In this document: in pieces, positions 18,190 through 27,125 of the stretch
Layout: every line of letters starts with the position of its first letter
Numbering within the stretch: the first letter of the stretch is position 1
From: a candidate division WWE3 bacterium CSP1-7
GTDB lineage: Bacteria; Patescibacteriota; WWE3; 9FT-COMBO-53-11
Length of the DNA: 64,000 nucleotides
Reading direction: 5' to 3'
NCBI GenBank assembly: GCA_001443395.1
Contig: LDXK01000001.1
Span: forward strand, 47,426-111,425
The notes under the pieces: generated by a model
What the model saw: the letters and a program-made list of their open reading frames with translations, nothing else
Databases searched by the model: none
What the model was told of the DNA's origin: nothing
Made by a program: the position numbers and the translations under genes

Positions 18190-19089
18190 TTAGGGAAGTC
18201 GGAGAACCCCCCGCCAACCATGCTTGACCGAAAGCTTGTGCCAAACCACCAGAAGCGGGGCGGCGGTGAAGGTAGAAGAATAGGTCCCCGAGACCGTTCC
18301 CACCAGGAGAGCAAAAACGAACCATTTCAGAGTCTCGCCGCCCAGAGCAAAGAGGGCCAGAAGCATAAAGATGATCGTCAAGGAATTATTGAGGGAGCGA
18401 ACCATCGTCTCTCCCACCGCCTGATCCACGGCTTCCTCGAGATCGAGGTTGGCATTGCGGCGAATTTCCCTGATCCTGTCAAAAACGACAATCGTGTCAT
18501 GGACCGAAAAAGAAAGAGTAGTGAGAACTGCGGTCACAAAAAGAGTTCCGATTTCGACTCCGGCGAAGCGGCCGAGCAGGGAAAATACTCCGAACAGGAC
18601 CAAAGTGTCGTGAAACATCGCCAGAATTGCAGTCGCCCCGTATGCCAAATTCTTGAAGCGATAGGCGACGTAGAGCAGGATGGCCAGGGTCGCCAGGACA
18701 ACGGCAAAAGCCGCCTTGCGAAGCAGTTCCGTCCCCAGGCGCGGGCCCAGAGTCTCAAAACGAATCTCCGTAAAATCGCCGATCCTCTCTTTCAAAGCTG
18801 CGGCAATGGTCTGCTTTTGAGAAGAATCCACCACAGCGGTTTTGATCAACAACCGATCCTCCGCCGCGGTCTGGATTTCCACCGGCAGCTTTTCGACTTC
18901 AAATACGCTCTGAACCACTTCAATTCCGGAAGAAACTCGATCGCTCGCGACCTGAATTTCCCAGAGAGTACCTCCGGTGAAATCGATGGAAGGTTTGAGA
19001 CCGAAAGAAATTAAGGAAACTAACCCCGGCAGGATCACCGCCAGGGAGACGAGGAAAAACAGCAATTTATAGCGCATAAACTTGAGCAT
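18190..19089 (-). CDS. secF: Protein translocase subunit SecF
   Basis: N-terminal 'IDFTGGTLWE' SecF signature and six TM helices. Adjacent to secD. Confidence 0.85.
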   Translation of the reverse strand: MLKFMRYKLLFFLVSLAVILPGLVSLISFGLKPSIDFTGGTLWEIQVASDRVSSGIEVVQSVFEVEKLPVEIQTAAEDRLLIKTAVVDSSQKQTIAAALKERIGDFTEIRFETLGPRLGTELLRKAAFAVVLATLAILLYVAYRFKNLAYGATAILAMFHDTLVLFGVFSLLGRFAGVEIGTLFVTAVLTTLSFSVHDTIVVFDRIREIRRNANLDLEEAVDQAVGETMVRSLNNSLTIIFMLLALFALGGETLKWFVFALLVGTVSGTYSSTFTAAPLLVVWHKLSVKHGWRGVLRLP

Positions 19090-19090
19090 T

Positions 19091-20398
19091 TTAGCGATAA
19101 AAAACCCGCACGAGCGTCCGCGTCACCAAAACACCGGTGAAAAGCGAAAGCAAAACTCCCAAACCCAGAGTCAGCGCAAATCCCCGCACCATCCCCGAAG
19201 TCACCAGGAAAGACCAATCAAAAGGGTTGAAAAGGATTGAGACCGTCGCCAGCGTCGCCAGGTTCGCATCGCGAATCGAATCCCAGGCCCGTCCAAATCC
19301 CAACTCCATTGCCGTCTTGAGATCCTTCCCCCACCGCCGTTCTTCCTTGATCCGCTCAAAAACCAGGATGTTCGCGTCGACCGCCATCCCGACGGAAAGA
19401 ATAAATCCGGCAATCCCCGAGAGAGTTAGCGTAACCGGAATCAACTTGTAGATCGCCAGTGTGAGAGTGCCGTAGATCGCCAACGCAATGGCGGCCAGCA
19501 AACCCAATCGGCCATAGTTTCCCACCATGAAAAGAAGAACCAACACCAACCCGGCCAATCCCGCTACCACACTTTTCTGAAGCTCCTGCTCCCCCAGCGT
19601 CGGGCCGATCTGGCGCCTCTCTAAAACCGAAATAGGGGTCGGCAGGGCTCCGGCATTCAGCTGGGCCACGAAGCGGCGGGCCTCCTCCAGGGTGAAAGTG
19701 CCGGTGATCACGGCGCTTCCGCCGGAAATCTTTCCCTGCACCGTCGGGGCAGAGAGAACCGCCCCGTCCAAAAAAATCGCCAGCGGCTGGCCGATGTTTC
19801 GGGCCGTGATCTCCTCAAACTTCTTCGCCCCCGCAGCGGTAAAGGTCAGACCGATCTGGGGATTGCCGTTCGTGCTGTCAAATTGGAGATCCGCTTTTGC
19901 CAAATCTTTGCCGGTCAATCCGGTAGTGACAAAATTATCCCCTTCCCGAAAGGGCTGCCCCTCGGTATCCTCGGGTTGCAATTTCGCTTCGCGAAAGTCG
20001 AGCTGGGCGGTCGACCCGATAAGCGCCAGGGCTTCTTCAGGGTTGGTGACGCCGGGAAGTTCCACAATTATTCGGAAAGATTCTCCCAGTCGAGAAGTCT
20101 GGACCGTCGGTTCCGCCACCCCCAGAAAATCAACTCTCCGCTCGATCACCGCCCGGGCACTCTCCAAGGCCGAGGGACGATCGGCCGAGGAAACACCGGA
20201 CATTTCCGCTTCCAAAACCAGCTGCAAACCACCCTGCAAGTCCAACCCGCGGCGGAGGGTAAAATCGTAGGGAAAACTCCGGTCAAAAAGGCGAATCTCA
20301 CCTTTCCCATTCCACAAAAATCCGCCGGCGGCCACGATCGCCGCCAAAATAGTCAATAAAATAATTACCAGAAAAATCCGAATCGGGGTTAACTTCAT
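19091..20398 (-). CDS. secD: Protein translocase subunit SecD
   Basis: 'GLDLQGG' SecD motif, a periplasmic domain and C-terminal TM helices. Confidence 0.85.
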   Translation of the reverse strand: MKLTPIRIFLVIILLTILAAIVAAGGFLWNGKGEIRLFDRSFPYDFTLRRGLDLQGGLQLVLEAEMSGVSSADRPSALESARAVIERRVDFLGVAEPTVQTSRLGESFRIIVELPGVTNPEEALALIGSTAQLDFREAKLQPEDTEGQPFREGDNFVTTGLTGKDLAKADLQFDSTNGNPQIGLTFTAAGAKKFEEITARNIGQPLAIFLDGAVLSAPTVQGKISGGSAVITGTFTLEEARRFVAQLNAGALPTPISVLERRQIGPTLGEQELQKSVVAGLAGLVLVLLFMVGNYGRLGLLAAIALAIYGTLTLAIYKLIPVTLTLSGIAGFILSVGMAVDANILVFERIKEERRWGKDLKTAMELGFGRAWDSIRDANLATLATVSILFNPFDWSFLVTSGMVRGFALTLGLGVLLSLFTGVLVTRTLVRVFYR

Positions 20399-20604
20399 CT
20401 TTGTTTTTTCTCAACTGCTAGAGGAAGCTGCCGGACCGACGGGAAACTAAAAGTGATTTCTCCTTTGACATAATTAATCGATACTTCCACCGGATCACCA
20501 ATTCTGAGGTTTAAAACTTTGATGAAATCCGCAGGCAAAGTCACCGCCGCGGAGTTTCCGGTTTGGATGATCTTTTTTGCCATCGCTCCAATGATAGCAG
20601 ACAA
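20395..20604 (-). CDS. AbrB/MazE-like (SpoVT_AbrB swapped-hairpin) small DNA-binding protein, translationally coupled to secD
   Basis: 69 aa. 'TGNSAAVTLPADFIKVLNLRIGDPVEV' resembles the AbrB/MazE N-terminal domain. Its stop overlaps the secD ATG (ATGA). Confidence 0.45.
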   Translation of the reverse strand: MSAIIGAMAKKIIQTGNSAAVTLPADFIKVLNLRIGDPVEVSINYVKGEITFSFPSVRQLPLAVEKKQR

Positions 20605-20608
20605 AACT

Positions 20609-21271
20609 CTAGATCGAGAGGTAATTATCCGGTCCCGTGGTCAAGACAACTTTGGGCTGGAGGAGAGCGTTGATAATCAACGGGTCGCGCCGCTTCTTCA
20701 GCTCATCAAACTCTTTTTCCGAAAGAACCGCGTAGTTGATCTCATTGCCCCGGTGCTTCTCTTCTTCTTTGACAACAACGGAGATCTTTGACACCGGAAT
20801 CCGGCCCACTATCAGGATATCGATGTCATTTGGTCCGGCTGTCCTTCCTAGAAGGAAGGGAATCGAAACAAAAGCGAACTTGATGTCGCGGCTGTTCCGG
20901 CCAAGCAGAGCCTTTCCCAGACCCTCCTCTTTCACCACCAACCCCAGGACCTCCCCCAAAAGAGGAAAATCATGGCGCAGCTGGTAATAAATTCGGTTCT
21001 TCTGGGGGTTGGGCTGCAGCATCCCCAGTCCGGTTAAGTTTTCCAGTTCCCGCCGCACCGCATTGATCTCGGTCCCCACCCGACGAGTGATCTCACGGAC
21101 GTGATACGAAACCGCCGGGCGCAGCAGAAAAAGCTTTAGAATATCCACCCGCACCTGCGAAACAAAAAGCTTCTTCAGAGCACCGGCGGCCGAAGCCAGA
21201 CTCCGCCCTCCTCCAGATCGCGTTCGGCGAGTCGTTCTTGTTGTTTTTCGGCCAGGTTTAATTAAAGCCAT
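20609..21271 (-). CDS. Winged-helix (ArsR/MarR-like) DNA-binding domain fused to a minimal nucleotidyltransferase (MNT-like) domain
   Basis: 'SYHVREITRRVGTEINAVRRELENL' HTH region. C-terminal 'GRTAGPNDIDILIV' matches the hG[GS]...DhDh nucleotidyltransferase signature. Strong SD GGGAGGGGGTGAAG. Confidence 0.5.
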   Translation of the reverse strand: MALIKPGRKTTRTTRRTRSGGGRSLASAAGALKKLFVSQVRVDILKLFLLRPAVSYHVREITRRVGTEINAVRRELENLTGLGMLQPNPQKNRIYYQLRHDFPLLGEVLGLVVKEEGLGKALLGRNSRDIKFAFVSIPFLLGRTAGPNDIDILIVGRIPVSKISVVVKEEEKHRGNEINYAVLSEKEFDELKKRRDPLIINALLQPKVVLTTGPDNYLSI

Positions 21272-21288
21272 TCATCTTCACCCCCTCC

Positions 21289-21332
21289 CAATTTTTCTTA
21301 AAAATTGCTAGCCCGCTTAGGCGGGCGTCCAA
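21289..21332 (-). repeat. Structured intergenic repeat, copy M (upstream of the wHTH-MNT gene)
   Basis: Minus strand TTGGACG + CCCGC-CTAA-GCGGG + CTAGCAAT, then CAATTTTT-AAG-AAAAATTG, then the SD and ATG. Confidence 0.65.
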
Positions 21333-22490
21333 TTATTTAGGAATAATCTCGATCCAAGTTAAGCCTCGGTTGAAATTAATTTCGGTGCTCTTCCCCCGCT
21401 TGTAGAACTTCATTCGGGCGGAAACAGACGACCGTTTCCAAGTCCCCAAAATTTTGACCCCGTCCAGGTAGATCTCGGCATTCCCCTGCCCCGTTGTGGT
21501 GTAGAGGAGATGGCCTGTTCCGTCCCCGGCCGAGCGCTGGGAGACGTGCGCCAGGACGATGTTTTTGGCGGAGAGTTGTTTCTTGGTGGCCTGGTCGAGG
21601 TGCTTGGCTCCCCCTTGAAAACGGAGGTAGGAATTCGTGGTCCGATCGTAGCGCCATTCTCCCTTGTAGGCCACCGGGTAGCCCCAGAAACTGAAGGAAA
21701 TTTTTTGGGCCTTTGGCCGCTGGGCGTAGGGCGATTCCGCCTTGAACTTCCATTGGGAGAAGTTGGGTAAAGTGTTTGTTCCCTGGTAGAGAGATTGGCC
21801 GGCGTTCCAGAGCTTCTGGGTGGAGGTGTAATTGATGTGAGATAGCACCATCCCCCCATTGAAAAGGACATTGCCGCCGAAGGTGAAGGTAGAGGAACCG
21901 AGCCGAAACTGATCGAGATCCAGAACCCCGTGACCGGCAATGTAGTCGTAGATGTTGGCCGGCGAACCATGGGTGGAAGCTCCGCCGACATGGGCATAGT
22001 AGGCCGGAAACTGGAGCGCCCATTGAATGAAATAGACCCGGGAGGAGCGGACGGGTCCGATCTTGGGCACACTCTGACCGTGAAAGACCGCCAGAAATCT
22101 CGTGATGCCGCCCTCGGCCACCGCCTCGTAGATCTGGTCGGCCTTCTGCAGCCCAAACTGATAACGCCGGGCTAGCGAGTGGTTATCGATCATCACCGCC
22201 AGGGGGCGCTTCTTCTGCCAGAACTCGGCCTCACTCTCCGAGTAAAAAGTCCCGCTGATCGGCTGGACAGTTTCTTTTATCGCGGGATCGGCGAGGGCCA
22301 CCGCGGGTTTGTTATCGGCGCCTCCCAAAGGATTAATGAACGGGAGGGAAAAATACTGGGCGAGGAGAAGGTATCCCCCGCCGGCCGTAAAAACAAAAAG
22401 GAACCATCCCGTCAGAAGAATTCCGCGGCGATGGTTTCTCAGGAATCCCACGAAATTAGACCAATATTTACTCAATCGTTCACGCATCAC
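21333..22490 (-). CDS. DUF3048-family protein (YerB-like), N-terminal TM anchor
   Basis: 'PLAVMIDNH...ADIVYEA..EGGITRFLAVF' resembles the DUF3048 N-terminal domain. Confidence 0.55.
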   Translation of the reverse strand: MMRERLSKYWSNFVGFLRNHRRGILLTGWFLFVFTAGGGYLLLAQYFSLPFINPLGGADNKPAVALADPAIKETVQPISGTFYSESEAEFWQKKRPLAVMIDNHSLARRYQFGLQKADQIYEAVAEGGITRFLAVFHGQSVPKIGPVRSSRVYFIQWALQFPAYYAHVGGASTHGSPANIYDYIAGHGVLDLDQFRLGSSTFTFGGNVLFNGGMVLSHINYTSTQKLWNAGQSLYQGTNTLPNFSQWKFKAESPYAQRPKAQKISFSFWGYPVAYKGEWRYDRTTNSYLRFQGGAKHLDQATKKQLSAKNIVLAHVSQRSAGDGTGHLLYTTTGQGNAEIYLDGVKILGTWKRSSVSARMKFYKRGKSTEINFNRGLTWIEIIPK

Positions 22491-22628
22491 GCTTTACTGG
22501 ACTAGTAACCTCAAATCGTACCCTTTCATTACTCAATGTAACAAGATTGGAATCGGGGTTGCAAGTGCTGTCCTCGCTTACGCTCGGTTGCACTAATTAC
22601 TCGCTAGCGCTGCGTCATTAGTTCCGAG

Positions 22629-22659
22629 AAGGACGGCTTGGCTACGCCAAACCTAGCCT
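22629..22659 (+). repeat. Structured intergenic repeat, copy G (degenerate)
   Basis: AAGGACGG + GCTTGGC-TAC-GCCAAAC + CTAGCC, then TTAGC-TTT-GCTAA, then a GTG start at 22681. Confidence 0.5.
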
Positions 22660-22680
22660 TAGCTTTGCTAAAGTTAAACC

Positions 22681-22974
22681 GTGGCTAAGAAAACCCGCCA
22701 AGAGAAGGATCTGGCCCGGCTCCGTCGGCAGATAGAAGTGCTAAGGGCCCAAAACAGCGAGCGTTCCCATGACTACTCCCCTCCCCCGCGGGAGGTGCAA
22801 GAAGAAAGCAAGCCGGGAAAATCTACGGAACCACCGATCAAGAATTTGGAAATCAGAAAAGTCGCCCCTAAATTTATTAAAGCCGATCTGCTCAAAACCA
22901 TCGTCCTCTCTTTGGCGGCGCTGGCAGTTATCGCCGCTTTATATCTGTTGCGCAATCAAATTCCTTTCCTCTAG
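22681..22974 (+). CDS. Hypothetical small tail-anchored membrane protein (GTG start)
   Basis: Charged N-terminal half and a single C-terminal TM helix. No homology was recognised. Confidence 0.3.
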   Translation: MAKKTRQEKDLARLRRQIEVLRAQNSERSHDYSPPPREVQEESKPGKSTEPPIKNLEIRKVAPKFIKADLLKTIVLSLAALAVIAALYLLRNQIPFL

Positions 22975-23018
22975 AGTTCTTCTCTCGGTCGGTATTGGAC
23001 AAGAAGTACAATCCCGGC

Positions 23019-24551
23019 CTAGAGTTCTTCCCTAGGCCGGTATTGGAGAGCCTCGGCGACGTGTTCGGGAAGAATATTGGAAACTCCGCCCAGGTCGGCA
23101 ATTGTTCGAGCAACTTTCAGAACTTTGTGGTAAGCCCGAGCTGACAACGCCATTTGAGAAACGGCCTGCCGGATCAATGTCTGCGCTTCTTCGGTTGCCT
23201 GGCAATAAACTTGGACCTCTTTGGATGAGAGCTCTCCATTGCTGTAAATCCTCTTACCCCGGTACCGCGCCAGTTGAATATCGCGGGATGCCTGAACCCT
23301 CTGCCGAATAATCCGGCTAGACTCTCCTTGCCGGCTTCTATCATCCTGCATCAATTTCTCCGTCTTCACTGCCGGAACTTCAACGTGAAGATCAATTCGA
23401 TCCAAAATTGGACCGGATATTTTCTTCTTGTACTGCGATATCTGGTGAGCGGTGCAAGTACAGTTCCGCCGCGGGTCGCCGAGATACCCGCAGGGGCAGG
23501 GATTCTCCGCCGTCACCAAAATAAACTTAGCCGGAAAAGCAATCGTCCCGGCCGCCCTCGAGACCGTCACGATCCCGTCTTCCAACGGCTGCCGCAACGC
23601 CTCCAAAACGTGGCGGGGAAACTCCGGAAATTCATCCAAAAATAGTATCCCCCGATGAGAAAGAGAGATTTCTCCGGGAGAGGGATGAGTCCCTCCCCCG
23701 ATCAGACCAATCCTAGAGGTGGTGTGATGGGGAGAACGAAAAGGCCGCCGCTTTATCAGTGCTTCTCCGACGGGGAGATTTCCCGAGATGGAATAGATCT
23801 TGGTAACTTCCAACGCCTCGTCCGGAGTGAGCTGCGGCAAGATCGAGGGCAACGATCGCGCCAGGAGAGTCTTTCCGGCTCCGGGAGGACCGGATAACCG
23901 AAGGTTATGACCGCCGGCGGCTGCAATTTCGAAAGCCCGTTTTGCCTGTTCCTGGCCAAGAATATCGGAAAAATCAAAATCCGCTTCTTCTTCCCCAATC
24001 AAATCAGCGATTTCGGCGGTCTCGGCGTGGCTAATCAATTTCAATCCTAGGAAGTGCTGGATCAAATCATAGAGAGTTGGAACCGGGTAAACCTGAACCC
24101 CATGCACCAGCGAAGCTTCCGCCGCATTGGCAGCCGGCAAAAATATCTTTCGGATCCCCTCTTCTTTGGCAAGAAGGGCCGCCGGCAGCACTCCCGGGGT
24201 GTGGCGAAGAGAACCATCCAGAGAGAGTTCCCCTAAGACCATAATTTCTTCCGATTTTAGATCAATCTGGCCGGAAGCAATCAGAATTCCCATCGCAATC
24301 GGCAGGTCATAATAGGAGCCTTCTTTCTTTAAATCGGCGGGAGCAAGATTAACGGTGATTCGGTAGTCGGGAAAATCGGCCTTGGTATTAACGATCGCCG
24401 AACGAACTCTTTCGCGGCTTTCTTCCACCGCTTTATCAGGCAGGCCGACAATCGTAAAAGCGGGGAAACCGCGTTTCTCAATATCCACCTCAACTTTTAC
24501 CGGAATGGCGTTCAGACCGACCGTGGCCGCGGAAATAACTTTCGCCAGCAT
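23019..24551 (-). CDS. YifB/ComM-family Mg-chelatase-like AAA+ ATPase
   Basis: N-terminal Lon-like domain ('MLAKVISAATVGL'), Walker A 'GPPGAGKT', a ChlI-like AAA+ core and a C-terminal domain. Confidence 0.85.
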   Translation of the reverse strand: MLAKVISAATVGLNAIPVKVEVDIEKRGFPAFTIVGLPDKAVEESRERVRSAIVNTKADFPDYRITVNLAPADLKKEGSYYDLPIAMGILIASGQIDLKSEEIMVLGELSLDGSLRHTPGVLPAALLAKEEGIRKIFLPAANAAEASLVHGVQVYPVPTLYDLIQHFLGLKLISHAETAEIADLIGEEEADFDFSDILGQEQAKRAFEIAAAGGHNLRLSGPPGAGKTLLARSLPSILPQLTPDEALEVTKIYSISGNLPVGEALIKRRPFRSPHHTTSRIGLIGGGTHPSPGEISLSHRGILFLDEFPEFPRHVLEALRQPLEDGIVTVSRAAGTIAFPAKFILVTAENPCPCGYLGDPRRNCTCTAHQISQYKKKISGPILDRIDLHVEVPAVKTEKLMQDDRSRQGESSRIIRQRVQASRDIQLARYRGKRIYSNGELSSKEVQVYCQATEEAQTLIRQAVSQMALSARAYHKVLKVARTIADLGGVSNILPEHVAEALQYRPREEL

Positions 24552-24608
24552 TTTGCCACCAGCATAACACCGATCTAGGGAATTTCAAGACCCCGTGATA
24601 AAATGTAG

Positions 24609-24970
24609 ATGCGTAGGAAATCGGACGATCGCTCGCCTTAAAAGCGAGAGGAAAGTCCTGACTCCTTAGAGCAAGGGTTGGGCCGCAAGGTCCGACGGGT
24701 GACTGCTGGTGGTCCGAATCGAAAGAATTCGGACACGGGTCTCGAATTAACGAGACCCGAGAGCAACAGAGACGAGCTTGGATCTAAACCGCAAGGCATG
24801 ATTCAAGAGTGAAACGGGCAATCCCACCTGGAGCAATCCACGAACGCACCTTAGGCTGCTCGCCGATGCTTTTGATGACAAATTTTGGCCAACAAAGGCA
24901 GGGTGCAAAGATGGAGCTTAGAGAGATGATCGTCTAAAACAGAATCAGGCTTACTGGTTTCCTGCGCAAG
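24609..24970 (+). ncRNA. rnpB: RNase P RNA (bacterial type A)
   Basis: 'GAGGAAAGTCC' 5' P4 strand and 'ACAGAAtCaGGCTTA' 3' P4 strand. 5'/3' P1 complementarity (GCGTAGGAAA / TTTCCTGCGC). Followed by a terminator. Confidence 0.85.
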
Positions 24971-24975
24971 AAAAC

Positions 24976-25005
24976 GTCCCGCTGAAAGCGGGGCTTTTTC
25001 GTTTT
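24976..25005. terminator. Bidirectional rho-independent terminator (CCCGCTGAAAGCGGGG + T-run) shared by rnpB and the convergent AI-2E transporter gene
   Basis: 6-bp GC stem with a GAAA loop, flanked by A-run/T-run on both sides. Confidence 0.7.
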
Positions 25006-25999
25006 ACCTTCGGGAGTGGTTCCAATCGAGGATGTCGCGAGCAATAATGCTCAAAAGAATGGCCGACGGAATGGAGAGCACCGCTCCGCCGATGCCGAAA
25101 AGCTGGGCGCCGGCAAAGATAATGACCAGGGTAATCAGCGGAGAAAATCCGATCGCCCGCCCCATCACGTTCGGCACGATCAGGGAATTTTCAAGCTGCT
25201 GCACGATCAGATAGAGACCGAGAATCCAAACTCCCAGCCAAAAAGAGGTCCCAAAACCGACCAGAAGGGCCGGGATCGAGGAAAGAACCGGTCCGATGGT
25301 CGGCACCACCTCCAAAAGCCCGGCGATCACCGCCAGCGGAAGAGCATATTCCACTCCCAGCGCGAGAAGGCCCAAGTAAACCATTACCCCCACCACGACC
25401 ATCAACAGCAACTGGCCCCTCAACCAACCTCCCAACTGCTTTTCCATCGATTCCACAATCCGCTGGAACCTAATCCGAGAGTGCGAATTGAGCATCGCGG
25501 CAAATCTTCCCTTTAGGTTCTCCCAATCCAAGAGAACATAAAACGTGAGGAAGAGAACGGTAATCACGAAGAGGGCGTTGGAAACGATTGCTCCGGCGAT
25601 CGACAGGATGTTAGCTGAGAGCAGGGTGGCCTGCGAAACCAGCTGCTGTTGAAGTTCGCTCGCAAACGGGATCGGCCCGATCTTCTCGAGAAAGGGCCCG
25701 AGGAAATTGGGAAGATTGACGATAAACCTTCCCGTCTGATTTATCAACGGAGTAAAGCCGTAGGCCGTTAATCCCAGCAATAGTGCCAGAAAAAAGAAAA
25801 ATACAAAAAAGACTCCGATCGGGCGAGGGAGGCGCAGTTTCTTCAATTTCACCACCAGAGGATCGAGAGCCAGACTCAGAGCAAGGGCGATAAAAACCGC
25901 CACCACCACCAGCTTGATCTGGATCAGTACCCAAGTTATCGCCAGCAGAGCGATACCGATGACAATTGTTCTCGGAGTGACTTCGTAGCGTTTGTCCAC
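25004..25999 (-). CDS. AI-2E family transporter (UPF0118/PerM-like membrane protein)
   Basis: About 8 TM helices with conserved 'GGWLRGQL' and 'LEVVPTIGP' regions typical of the family. Confidence 0.65.
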   Translation of the reverse strand: MDKRYEVTPRTIVIGIALLAITWVLIQIKLVVVAVFIALALSLALDPLVVKLKKLRLPRPIGVFFVFFFFLALLLGLTAYGFTPLINQTGRFIVNLPNFLGPFLEKIGPIPFASELQQQLVSQATLLSANILSIAGAIVSNALFVITVLFLTFYVLLDWENLKGRFAAMLNSHSRIRFQRIVESMEKQLGGWLRGQLLLMVVVGVMVYLGLLALGVEYALPLAVIAGLLEVVPTIGPVLSSIPALLVGFGTSFWLGVWILGLYLIVQQLENSLIVPNVMGRAIGFSPLITLVIIFAGAQLFGIGGAVLSIPSAILLSIIARDILDWNHSRR

Positions 26000-26029
26000 G
26001 TCAGATCAGTTTAGCAAAAGAAACCATAA

Positions 26030-26308
26030 TCACTTGCCCTCAATCGTCTTTTTCAGGCCAACCCCCGCGATGAAAGCCGGGGTGAGGTGTTCAGGAATCT
26101 GCACCCGTTGGCCGGTGCGGGGAACTTTTCCCAGCCGCGCCTTTCTCTTTCGAACCTCGAAAGTCCCAAAACCGGTGATCGTGACCCGCTCCCCATTCGC
26201 CAAACCTCGCCCAATCACTTCCAAGAAAGAATTCACAATCCGTTCGGTCCGAGCAAAGGGTAGGCCGATTTCCTTAGCGACATCGTAAACAACGGCGGTT
26301 TTGTTCAA
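26030..26308 (-). CDS. hup: DNA-binding protein HU (histone-like, HU/IHF family)
   Basis: 92 aa. 'GFGTFEVRKRKARLGKVPRTGQRVQIPE' is the DNA-binding arm signature. Confidence 0.85.
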   Translation of the reverse strand: MNKTAVVYDVAKEIGLPFARTERIVNSFLEVIGRGLANGERVTITGFGTFEVRKRKARLGKVPRTGQRVQIPEHLTPAFIAGVGLKKTIEGK

Positions 26309-26309
26309 A

Positions 26310-27125
26310 TTAGTTCACCTCCAAATCAACTCTCTCTATCCTTTTTAGCTCATTGTTGAGGGAAAATTCAAGAAGAACCGCCCGAAAAACCGCCGGACCT
26401 TTTTCCACCCATTCGAACGGTTCGGCCGTTCCATCCTTAAGGCGATCAATAATTACCCGAGGCTCAACTCCCAAAACGGAATCCCGGGCCCCGGTCATCC
26501 CAATATCGGAAACGTATCCCGTCCCCTCAGGCAGGATCGTCGGATCGGCGGTGGGGACGTGGGTGTGCGTTCCCAAAACGGCGGCCACCCGGCCGTCCAG
26601 AAAGAAACCCATGGCCCGCTTCTCACTGGTCAGTTCGGCGTGGAAATCAACGAAGACCATCTCTGCGGAAATTTTCTTCAACAACTCATCCACGGCATGG
26701 AAGGGATTCGCGACATCACCGGCGAGCCAGGTATTTCTTTTATCACTGGCGAGTTTTTCCCCCAGAAATTCCCAACCCAAGAGGCTCACAATGGCGACCT
26801 TTTTCCCGCCTATCTCAACAATCTTGGAACCCACACCGGGCGTTGCTTCCGGCAAATTTGCCGGCCGGATGACCGGGACGGCGGGATCAGAGAAGGGCTC
26901 ATTCGGATCAAGGTAAAAAATATGGTCGCCGGAAGTGAAGAGATCAACTCCTGCTTTCTGAAGTTCGCGGAGATGTTCGATTTTGGCCCCCCGGCCGTGG
27001 GTTACGTTCTCGGCGTTTGCCACCGCAAAATCGATCTTTTCTTTTTTCTTGAGATTAGGGAGAAGCTGCTCAACCGCGGCTCGGCCAATTTTTCCGACAA
27101 CATCGCCGATGAAAAGAATGCGCAT
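26310..27125 (-). CDS. ymdB: YmdB-like metallophosphoesterase (2',3'-cyclic-nucleotide phosphodiesterase family, TIGR00282)
   Basis: 'MRILFIGDVVGKIGR...DFAVANAENVTHGRG' N-terminus. Downstream of rny, as in the Bacillus rny-ymdB arrangement. Confidence 0.75.
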   Translation of the reverse strand: MRILFIGDVVGKIGRAAVEQLLPNLKKKEKIDFAVANAENVTHGRGAKIEHLRELQKAGVDLFTSGDHIFYLDPNEPFSDPAVPVIRPANLPEATPGVGSKIVEIGGKKVAIVSLLGWEFLGEKLASDKRNTWLAGDVANPFHAVDELLKKISAEMVFVDFHAELTSEKRAMGFFLDGRVAAVLGTHTHVPTADPTILPEGTGYVSDIGMTGARDSVLGVEPRVIIDRLKDGTAEPFEWVEKGPAVFRAVLLEFSLNNELKRIERVDLEVN

